From contig JASLKH010000086.1 of the NCBI GenBank assembly GCA_030747675.1, forward strand, positions 1 through 12,002: DNA of 12,002 bases. Reading direction: 5' to 3'. Positions 1 to 6,300 of this stretch are shown here, piece after piece. The notes under the pieces are model-generated. The model saw nothing but the letters and a program-made list of their open reading frames with translations, was not told where the DNA came from and searched no databases. The DNA is from Candidatus Thalassarchaeaceae archaeon. GTDB lineage: Archaea; Thermoplasmatota; Poseidoniia; Poseidoniales; Thalassarchaeaceae. Both the position numbers and the translations under genes were made by a program. Numbering within the stretch: the first letter of the stretch is position 1; each line of letters begins with the position of its first letter.

Positions 1-291
1 GATACCCCCATACTCTGCTAGAGCACTTTCAGCAATTTTTTCCGGTTCAGCAACTACATCAGAACAAGGGTCGATGGCGTAGATACCAAATGTATGCAAT
101 AATGCATCTTCAATTTTTTCCGCTTCATCACCATTGACAAACATCAACCCGCCTTGGACGTGAACTGAAACTTTTGCATCACGAACACGACATTGGGATA
201 TCAGAGTGTTCTTCAAAACACGAGTGAAATGTTTTCTTACTGGTTTTGATTTTAGCATAGATTCGCCCATTCGGACAATCCATTGTCCCAT
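1..291 (-). CDS. thiI: tRNA sulfurtransferase ThiI / THUMP-domain protein, N-terminal part (continues beyond the window's left edge)
   Basis: Not in the ORF track; translated by hand. ATG at 291, preceded by the SD-like GGTGAT, then open to position 1: MGQWIVRMGESMLKSKPVRKHFTRVLKNTLISQCRVRDAKVSVHVQGGLMFVNGDEAEKIEDALLHTFGIYAIDP... This matches the ThiI N-terminal pattern (lVRyGEi.LKSk.vR..F...L..N ... L...FGI). It starts 9 nt after the purF stop. The catalytic PP-loop domain lies outside the window. Confidence 0.72.
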   Translation of the reverse strand, partial: MGQWIVRMGESMLKSKPVRKHFTRVLKNTLISQCRVRDAKVSVHVQGGLMFVNGDEAEKIEDALLHTFGIYAIDPCSDVVAEPEKIAESALAEYGGI

Positions 292-300
292 GATATCACC

Positions 301-1836
301 TCAGGGTTCGTTGTGGATCTCTAAGACCTCGTCATTTTTTTTTGAGTTGGACTTTGCATTGTCATTTCGTTTCTCTTCTAATGCTTTGAGATACGCATAA
401 TCAATGTCTTTGGTAACATACACTCCATTGAAACATGATGTGTCAAATTCTTCAACACCACAATCACCTCCCTGACATGCATCGATTAGGTCTTCCAATT
501 TTTGATACATTAGCCAATCTGCACCAATTGCAATTGCAATGTCTTCGATACTCTTGTCGTGGGCAATATATTCACTCTTTGCTGGCATATCTATGCCGTA
601 CACATTAGGGTGGATAACAGGAGGCGCTGCGCTCGCAAAGAACACTTTCTTTGCCCCAACATCTCTTGCCATTTGTACAATTTTCCGACTAGTATTTCCT
701 CGAACAATACTATCATCTACAAGTAGGACATTTTTCCCGAAAAATTCATCTGGAATCGGATTCAATTTTTTCCGTACAGAATCCTTTCTGATTTCCTGCC
801 CTGGCATGATAAATGTCCGGCCTACATATCTATTTTTCACGAAACCCTCTCTGAAATCCACACCGAGTTCTCTAGCCAATTCCAAGGCAGCACTCCGACC
901 ACTATCGGGAATTGGGATGACAACATCAATTCCATGTTTTGGATTTTCTTGCAATATCCTTTGAGCAAGTTTTCGGCCCATGTTTAATCTTGCCCGATGA
1001 ACACTAATCCCATCAATTACCGAATCGGGTCTTGCAAAATAGACGTATTCAAAGATACACGGTGTATAGGTTGGGTCTTCTGCGCATTGTTTTTCATAAA
1101 ATTCCCCTCCTGCTGTGATGAAAACCGCTTCACCTGGGGCAATATCTCTGACAATTTCAAAGCCCAATGATATGATTGCAACAGATTCTGATGCCAGTAT
1201 CCATTCATCCATTCCGTTGCTATTTTTCCGTTGGCCAAGAATGAGTGGTCGGATGCCCCAAGGGTCACGGAAACCTACAAGTCCGTATCCAGTGATCATC
1301 GAGATGATTGAGTATCCACCTCTGCACCGGTTATGGACTCTCGAAATAGCGTGGAATACATCATCAACATTGAGTCGTAGTTCGTTTTCAATATACATTT
1401 TCCCTCGCTTGAGCAACTCATGTGCAAATATATTCATCAATACTTCAGAGTCACTACTGGTATTCACATGGCGTAAATCTTCATTGTACAATTGTTTTGA
1501 CAATTCATTTGCGTTGGTGAGGTTTCCATTGTGAGCTAAAGTAATTCCATAGGGGGAATTTGTATAGAATGGTTGCGCTTCTGCACAAGATGAAGTTCCA
1601 GCGGTTGGGTATCTAACATGGCCGACACCCATGTGCCCGCCCAAAGATTCCATGTGGTGTTGCTGAAATACATCGCGGACCAAGCCATTTGACTTGCGAT
1701 GATAGAGTTGTTCGCCTTGGCAAGTGACAATACCTGCAGCATCTTGCCCACGATGTTGCAAAACAGTTAGCCCATCATAAATAAGTGGAGCAACAGGATT
1801 TTCGGCTCCTGAGACGATGCCGATGATACCACACAT
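301..1836 (-). CDS. purF: Amidophosphoribosyltransferase (glutamine PRPP amidotransferase), 511 aa
   Basis: N-terminal MCGIIG gives the Ntn-hydrolase Cys1, so the start is reassigned from 1860 to the ATG at 1836. Other motifs: LQHRGQDAAG, GHVRYPTAG, HNGNLTN, SDSEV, PCIFEYVYFARPDS, FVKNRYVGRTFIMP, the PRPP-binding VLLVDDSIVRGNTS, and YGIDMP. Confidence 0.98.
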   Translation of the reverse strand: MCGIIGIVSGAENPVAPLIYDGLTVLQHRGQDAAGIVTCQGEQLYHRKSNGLVRDVFQQHHMESLGGHMGVGHVRYPTAGTSSCAEAQPFYTNSPYGITLAHNGNLTNANELSKQLYNEDLRHVNTSSDSEVLMNIFAHELLKRGKMYIENELRLNVDDVFHAISRVHNRCRGGYSIISMITGYGLVGFRDPWGIRPLILGQRKNSNGMDEWILASESVAIISLGFEIVRDIAPGEAVFITAGGEFYEKQCAEDPTYTPCIFEYVYFARPDSVIDGISVHRARLNMGRKLAQRILQENPKHGIDVVIPIPDSGRSAALELARELGVDFREGFVKNRYVGRTFIMPGQEIRKDSVRKKLNPIPDEFFGKNVLLVDDSIVRGNTSRKIVQMARDVGAKKVFFASAAPPVIHPNVYGIDMPAKSEYIAHDKSIEDIAIAIGADWLMYQKLEDLIDACQGGDCGVEEFDTSCFNGVYVTKDIDYAYLKALEEKRNDNAKSNSKKNDEVLEIHNEP

Positions 1837-1910
1837 TGCGGAACCCGGCCATCGCTTCAACAGGGGGCTTTAGAGTTTGACGGCCCACAGTAATGTAGTA
1901 ATATCCAAGA

Positions 1911-2096
1911 TTACTTCTTTTGATACATTGTCCGATTTCGCTTGTTCCAACGATATCCACGCATTCGTGCAGTCTCTCCATAGCCACAAGATGCGCAGAC
2001 GTGCTTTTGCTTGTGATATGAATGGCGGCCACAACGGCGACAGCGGATGTGAGTTGACTTCTGGCGCTTGCCCATGCTCGGGGTACCCTTACTCAT
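1911..2096 (-). CDS. rpl37e: 50S ribosomal protein L37e
   Basis: [40 protein letters not shown] contains the intact CxxC...CxxC zinc finger. SD GAGGTGA lies 4 nt before the ATG. Confidence 0.97.
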   Translation of the reverse strand: MSKGTPSMGKRQKSTHIRCRRCGRHSYHKQKHVCASCGYGETARMRGYRWNKRNRTMYQKK

Positions 2097-2106
2097 GTGC
2101 TCACCT

Positions 2107-2142
2107 CAGCGGCTCGGCGACCGACCCTCTCTATATCAGGGT
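2107..2142 (-). promoter_or_regulatory. Putative promoter of rpl37e
   Basis: Sense sequence ACCCTGATATAGAGAGGGTCGGTCGCCGAGCCGCTG has a TATA-like GATATA and aligns without gaps to the elements upstream of rpl44e and tRNA-Ser. The predicted start near 2107 directly precedes the SD. Confidence 0.5.
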
Positions 2143-2175
2143 TGTCACACGCCCTAAGGGTGAACTAAGCCCAAT

Positions 2176-2673
2176 TCATTCGGGAATTTGAAGTGAAACA
2201 TCGCCTTGAGTCGATTCTAACTCAAGTAATTCATCGTTTGTATGGTGCCTACCGGTAATGAGTGCGAGAAGAAGTCCAAGGACCAAACCACTGGCAGCCA
2301 AAACTGCAGTTAGTGCATTGAACAACATAGCGCCACCTAAGCGGATTTCATAAATTGCGTTATCTGTAGAGCCCATATCACCCTCATATAACCAAGAGGA
2401 TAAACTGATTCCCAATGCACTGAAAAGAACAAGACCCACAATCTGTTCACGCCAATGCATATGTCGATGAATAGATCCAACACTTACCATTAGGAGTACA
2501 AGAGTTGTAATTCCAAATGCAAGGATAAATCCCATCATCAAGTCATCTAAAATTTCAGAAAAATTAGCACCACCTGAGTACTGCCATACAATCAAATTCA
2601 TGCCAATGAAAATCAGAATTATCATCACTGCGATAATTCTCCACCAGGGTCCTTGATCTTCTGCGGCCATCAT
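2176..2673 (-). CDS. Hypothetical integral membrane protein, ~4 TM helices, 165 aa
   Basis: Four long hydrophobic segments and an acidic C-terminal tail. The start overlaps the upstream gene's stop (ATGA, 2670-2673) and has a strong SD (GGAGGAGG). No family recognised. Confidence 0.8.
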   Translation of the reverse strand: MMAAEDQGPWWRIIAVMIILIFIGMNLIVWQYSGGANFSEILDDLMMGFILAFGITTLVLLMVSVGSIHRHMHWREQIVGLVLFSALGISLSSWLYEGDMGSTDNAIYEIRLGGAMLFNALTAVLAASGLVLGLLLALITGRHHTNDELLELESTQGDVSLQIPE

Positions 2674-3500
2674 CCCTCCTCCTTTATGGTCAAATTCTTT
2701 TCCAATAATTCTCTGACTCTAGCCTTCTCTTCAAGAGTTAATGGTGCAACAACATCTGGGTCTGGAGCTCTTTTTTCTGCAATATAGACCAACCATATGA
2801 ATCCCATAACTCCGAAAGTAGAACCTGCTATTCCGCCGATAATAAATGGTATTTGGTCCCAGTAAATATCGTGCCACCCTAATGTCGAAAGGTCGGTTGA
2901 ACCTTGACCCATAATTCGTATGAATATTCCTCCGCCAATTAAGGCCAAAGATGACATTGCGAGAGCTTCACGATTACGTTTTTCACCCATCATGACACAA
3001 AATGCAGCACTGACTGTTGATGTTATTACAATACAAGAAAGGAAAACTAAAACCCATGTCGCCCAGATTTTTTCACCGATGCCATCAGATCTAGCGCCAG
3101 GGGGGTCTTCCACTAGCATCCAACCAATCCAAATCAATCCACTAATTGCTAACAAAAACCCCATTGGACGTAATCCACGGGGGAGTTGACCCACAGGAGA
3201 TGGGCCTGAAAATGTCGCCACTAATGCTCCAATGGCCATTAGGGATACCGGCGGAGTCATATCGAAAAGAACAGCAAGCAGTGCGATTTCTGATGCATCA
3301 CTACCTGAAGTTTCAATGCCATATAGTACCAACATCGTAATTGCTAGAAGTAAAGTGAGACCGATTAATCGTTGTCGAAAATCTTTACGATCAGTCAGGC
3401 TAAAACCAATTGTGATACAAATCAGGCCAAGGGGCAACCAAAAGCCCAACCACGCGTTCGAGATGCCCTCCATTGAACCTTGGTTAGCGTTTAGGTTCAT
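2670..3500 (-). CDS. Hypothetical polytopic membrane protein, ~7 TM helices, ~276 aa
   Basis: About seven hydrophobic segments with basic loops and a charged C-terminal tail (EKRAPDPDVVAPLTLEEKARVRELLEKNL). The first ATG is at 3500; the ORF track uses the TTG at 3503, and a later Met (MEG) is also possible. No family recognised. Confidence 0.8.
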   Translation of the reverse strand: MNLNANQGSMEGISNAWLGFWLPLGLICITIGFSLTDRKDFRQRLIGLTLLLAITMLVLYGIETSGSDASEIALLAVLFDMTPPVSLMAIGALVATFSGPSPVGQLPRGLRPMGFLLAISGLIWIGWMLVEDPPGARSDGIGEKIWATWVLVFLSCIVITSTVSAAFCVMMGEKRNREALAMSSLALIGGGIFIRIMGQGSTDLSTLGWHDIYWDQIPFIIGGIAGSTFGVMGFIWLVYIAEKRAPDPDVVAPLTLEEKARVRELLEKNLTIKEEG

Positions 3501-3559
3501 CAACGTTGACCGTATTATGTCTTAGCAGTCGTCCGAATCACGACTTATGATTACGCGAC

Positions 3560-3594
3560 ACCCTCAAATACGGGTCGATGGTCGCAGGCTCGCA
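3560..3594 (+). promoter_or_regulatory. Putative promoter of the rpl44e operon
   Basis: ACCCTCAAATACGGGTCGATGGTCGCAGGCTCGCA lies in the divergent intergenic region and shares 21 of 34 ungapped positions with the rpl37e upstream element. SD GGAGTGA follows at 3607-3613. Confidence 0.5.
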
Positions 3595-3617
3595 CCCAAA
3601 GGGTGTGGAGTGAGATT

Positions 3618-3902
3618 ATGGTCAAGATGCCCCGTCAAGTAAAGCGGTACAGTCCCGCTGCGGGCCGCCACACATTACACACTGTTGAGCGCGTCAAGAA
3701 ACGCCGTGCGAGTGAGTTGAAATGGGGTCAGCGAAGATTCCGCAGAGTTACTGCAGGTTACCGTGGTTTCCCTCGTCCTAAGCCAGAAGGCCGTGAGAAG
3801 CCAACAAAGCGTGTAAATATCCTTTATCGATGTACTGAGACGGGAAAGGCTCACACGCCACCCTGTCAGCGTGCTAAAAAATTCGAACTTGTTGACAAGT
3901 GA
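3618..3902 (+). CDS. rpl44e: 50S ribosomal protein L44e (eL42), 94 aa
   Basis: MVKMPRQVKRY...HTLHTVERVKKRRASELKWGQRRFRR...EKPTKRVNILYRCTETGKAH fits the family pattern. It is the first gene of the conserved rpl44e-rps27e-aIF2a-nop10 operon. The ATG at 3618 has the SD GGAGTGA. Confidence 0.95.
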   Translation: MVKMPRQVKRYSPAAGRHTLHTVERVKKRRASELKWGQRRFRRVTAGYRGFPRPKPEGREKPTKRVNILYRCTETGKAHTPPCQRAKKFELVDK

Positions 3903-3916
3903 TAGTGGGTGAAATA

Positions 3917-4096
3917 ATGTCTAAAATAAAGAGTAAATTTCTCAAAGTACATTGCCGTGATTGTGGTAATGAACAAATTATGTTCGACCGTGCAACATCG
4001 GTAGTGAATTGCAACGTATGTGGTTCTACACTTGCTCGACCATCAGGTGGGAAGGCACACTTGACCGGTGCAACTGTTGCCGAGGTCCTCGAGTGA
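3917..4096 (+). CDS. rps27e: 30S ribosomal protein S27e, 59 aa
   Basis: SKFLKVHCRDCGNEQIMFDRATSVVNCNVCGSTLARPSGGKA contains both CxxC pairs. SD GGTGA at 3908-3912 supports the ATG at 3917. Confidence 0.96.
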   Translation: MSKIKSKFLKVHCRDCGNEQIMFDRATSVVNCNVCGSTLARPSGGKAHLTGATVAEVLE

Positions 4097-4110
4097 GGGG
4101 GCCTAATTCA

Positions 4111-4896
4111 ATGTCTGATGAAGATAATTGGCCTGAAATGGGCGAAATGCTGGTTTGTACAATCAAGACAGTAAAGCAGAACGGCGTTTACGTAGACTTG
4201 GGTGGCTACCCTGGAAAGGAAGGGTTTGTTTTTATTGGCGAGATTGCATCAGGTTGGGTCAAAAACATTCGCAGCCATGTTAGAGAAGGTCAGCGTGTTG
4301 TTGCTAAGGCGGTCAAAGTTCGCAAGGACCGACAAAGTATTGAGTTGTCAATCAAATCGGTTAGTGAAGAACGCCGAAGGGATGCTTTGCAGCGATGGAA
4401 GAATGAACAACGTGCTGGACAACTCCTGCGAATTGTTGGAGAACGATCTGGTTGGGATGAAGATAAAACTAAGGAGATACAATCCGAATTAGTTGAAACC
4501 TATGGTGGACTTTATTCTTCATTTGAGGAAACTGCTATCGATAATGATGCCCTATCCAATGAGGGATTTGAGGGAGATTGGATTGAACTTTTTATTGAGA
4601 CTGCAATTGAAAACATCATCCCTGATTTCGTCGTAATAAGAGCAATTGCAGAAATCGAGATTCATTCAATGGAAGGAGTAGAATTGATTCGAAATGCATT
4701 AACAGAGGTTGAAAATTGTTCTTCCAAAGAAGATGAAGTTGAAATTTCGTGTTACTATGATGGCGCTCCAGAGTATAGAATTGAGCTGAAGGCTCCCGAT
4801 TGGGAAATTGCTGAAAAAGGTTGGAGCGACGTTGAGTTGGCAATATCTACCACAATTACTGAAGATCATGGCTCCGCGGTAATCATTCGCGAATGA
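4111..4896 (+). CDS. eif2a: Translation initiation factor 2 alpha subunit (aIF2alpha), 261 aa
   Basis: N-terminal S1 domain (WPEMGEMLVCTIKTV...GVYVDL..YPGKEGFVFIGEIASGWVKNIRSHVREGQRVVAKAVKV....IELSIKSV), then QRWKNEQRA and a C-terminal GAPEYRIELKAPD. Operon position fits. The ATG at 4111 follows GAGGGGG; the longer ORF-track start overlaps rps27e. Confidence 0.96.
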   Translation: MSDEDNWPEMGEMLVCTIKTVKQNGVYVDLGGYPGKEGFVFIGEIASGWVKNIRSHVREGQRVVAKAVKVRKDRQSIELSIKSVSEERRRDALQRWKNEQRAGQLLRIVGERSGWDEDKTKEIQSELVETYGGLYSSFEETAIDNDALSNEGFEGDWIELFIETAIENIIPDFVVIRAIAEIEIHSMEGVELIRNALTEVENCSSKEDEVEISCYYDGAPEYRIELKAPDWEIAEKGWSDVELAISTTITEDHGSAVIIRE

Positions 4897-4969
4897 TTCG
4901 GCATCTATGCACTTCAGGATGAGTCATGTTCAAAGGCCCAGTTGTTTGGTTAGCAGATTGGAGATTCCG

Positions 4970-5182
4970 ATGGCACGAACAAAACTTCAGAAGTGCACTG
5001 CTTGTGGGGAGTACGGTTTGTCTGAAACTTGCAAAGAATGTGGCGGGAAAGCGCAGGCAGCAGGCCCAATGAAGTTCTCACCTGAAGATTCTCGTGCACA
5101 CCTACGTCGCCGGTTAAAGAATGTTGAATCAAAAGAATGGGTTGAATCACTGCCGTCCCCAGATGGTGGTGAAGAAGAATGA
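4970..5182 (+). CDS. nop10: H/ACA RNA-protein complex protein Nop10, 70 aa
   Basis: KLQKCTACGEYGLSETCKECGG...PMKFSPED...LRRRLK gives the zinc ribbon plus the FSPED motif. SD GGAG at 4960-4963. Canonical position after aIF2alpha. Confidence 0.93.
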   Translation: MARTKLQKCTACGEYGLSETCKECGGKAQAAGPMKFSPEDSRAHLRRRLKNVESKEWVESLPSPDGGEEE

Positions 5183-5934
5183 CGACTAAGTTACATTGGT
5201 TTGAAGGCGAATCCTTACCTGAACATAGAGTTCTCCTAATGGCAGTCCCAGGTGTTGGAAATGTCGGTAAATTAGTACTTGATACGATGGTTGAGCATTG
5301 CGATTCTACTTTATTAGCCAACATAATCCATCCCGATTTACCGCCACATGCAACAATGAATTCTGATGGTTTACTCACCCCTCCACATTTGTCGATACAT
5401 TCAGTCAGAATGTCCAATGGCGATTGTGTTATTGTGATTACAGGAACAGGGCAACCAATGATTCCTCGAGGACAGCACGAATTGGCAGGCTCGATTTTGG
5501 AATTAGCGAAAGAATCCAGCTGCGATCTTTTGCTCGTACTCGCTGGACTTTCAGCAGACCCAGGTGATACTGATATTCATATGACCTGTGCCGAGCAAAG
5601 TGTGCGAGAAAACCTAATGGATTCAGGTTTGAATATTAGTTCTAAGCATCCAGCTGGAGGTATGTTGGGGTTAGCAGGATTAGTGGTTTCACTTGCCCCA
5701 ATGTTTGGAGTCCCAAGTGTAGCATGTATGTCTGAGACCATTGGGACGAGCGTTGATGTTCAAGCCGCAGACCGTTTAGCAAAGCGAATATCACTTGATT
5801 TTGGTTTGGGATTGGAATTACCAATCGATAATACAAGTGATACAGCATCACGCTTGTTTGCCATGATGGAAGGAAAGGAAATTGCAGGGATTGACCTTTC
5901 AGAAGATGACTCTCCGTCAGGATTCTACGCGTAA
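5179..5934 (+). CDS. PAC2-family protein (proteasome assembly chaperone / PbaA-PbaB-like), 251 aa
   Basis: N-terminal AVPGVGNVGKL matches the family G.PG.G.VGk motif, with further matches at TGTGQPM and G.LGLAGL...A...G. It overlaps the nop10 stop (ATGA) and occupies the conserved position after nop10. The C-terminus is GFYA. Confidence 0.85.
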   Translation: MTTKLHWFEGESLPEHRVLLMAVPGVGNVGKLVLDTMVEHCDSTLLANIIHPDLPPHATMNSDGLLTPPHLSIHSVRMSNGDCVIVITGTGQPMIPRGQHELAGSILELAKESSCDLLLVLAGLSADPGDTDIHMTCAEQSVRENLMDSGLNISSKHPAGGMLGLAGLVVSLAPMFGVPSVACMSETIGTSVDVQAADRLAKRISLDFGLGLELPIDNTSDTASRLFAMMEGKEIAGIDLSEDDSPSGFYA

Positions 5935-5943
5935 ATCCTCGTC

Positions 5944-5978
5944 ATGCTTATGTCCGAGTCTTCGGTCGAAGAATTACA
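5944..5978 (+). promoter_or_regulatory. Putative tRNA-Ser promoter
   Basis: ATGCTTATGTCCGAGTCTTCGGTCGAAGAATTACA has a TATA-like CTTATG about 27-32 nt before the tRNA 5' end, with GGTCG at the same spacing as in the two ribosomal-protein promoters. Confidence 0.45.
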
Positions 5979-6064
5979 GCCGAGATCGCATAGCCCGGTA
6001 TCGCGGTGGATTCGAAATCCACTGTCCTCGTGACGCGGGAGTTCAAATCTCTCTCTCGGCGCCA
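5979..6064 (+). tRNA. tRNA-Ser, anticodon CGA, intronless, CCA encoded
   Basis: Acceptor stem GCCGAGA/TCTCGGC, discriminator G, then CCA. Anticodon stem GTGGA/TCCAC with loop TT-CGA-AA (6011-6017). Long variable arm (GTC/GAC stem). T arm GGGAG-TTCAAAT-CTCTC. D-loop TAGCCCGGTA. Confidence 0.97.
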
Positions 6065-6099
6065 TCAAACTCTTGAAGGGTAAGGCTGTAGCCGAGTAC

Positions 6100-6300
6100 A
6101 TGCAGGTCGGCATCACTCACGAAGGTGAGCGTGTATCACACATATTTGATAATCAGATAACAATATCCGATGTACTTGAGAAAATGGCAATCCCTCCTTC
6201 CACTGTTTTGACAGTAGTTGATGAAAAAATTGTCCCCCATACCTCAATAATTACTGATGACATTGAGATAGAATTAATCATAGTTTCAAGCGGCGGCTAG
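6100..6300 (+). CDS. Ubiquitin-like small archaeal modifier / ThiS-MoaD family sulfur carrier, 66 aa
   Basis: MQVGITHEGERVSHIFDNQITISDVLEKMAIPPSTVLTVVDEKIVPHTSIITDDIEIELIIVSSGG has beta-grasp size and pattern and ends in diglycine. The ATG at 6100 has no SD and is probably leaderless. Confidence 0.88.
   Translation: MQVGITHEGERVSHIFDNQITISDVLEKMAIPPSTVLTVVDEKIVPHTSIITDDIEIELIIVSSGG

Noticed and set aside
539-1534. Plus-strand ORFs 539-964 and 1115-1534 (also 206-400)
   Set aside because: These are antisense shadows of purF/thiI with no motifs.
1837-1860. N-terminal propeptide on PurF (MKRWPGSA from the TTG at 1860)
   Set aside because: An ATG sits directly before the catalytic Cys, and E. 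coli-type PurF has no propeptide. The extension is most likely an ORF-caller artefact.
1877-2191. 104-aa Cys/His-rich plus-strand ORF
   Set aside because: It is antisense to rpl37e and its promoter, and the composition is a by-product of the opposite strand.
2670-3500. Rhodopsin, suggested by ~7 TM helices
   Set aside because: There is no Lys within the last helix (IPFIIGGIAGSTFGVMGFIWLVYIA), no DxxxK motif and no recognisable helix C motif.
4950-5417. 155-aa minus-strand ORF
   Set aside because: It is antisense to nop10 and PAC2, which are well supported by motifs and synteny.
6040-6100. Integrated element at the tRNA-Ser 3' end
   Set aside because: I saw no second copy of the tRNA 3' sequence and no integrase. 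A housekeeping SAMP gene follows within 35 nt.
6297-6300. Convergent stop-codon overlap (CTAG) between SAMP and nuclease B
   Set aside because: This is real, but such overlaps are common in compact genomes and there is no evidence for antisense regulation.
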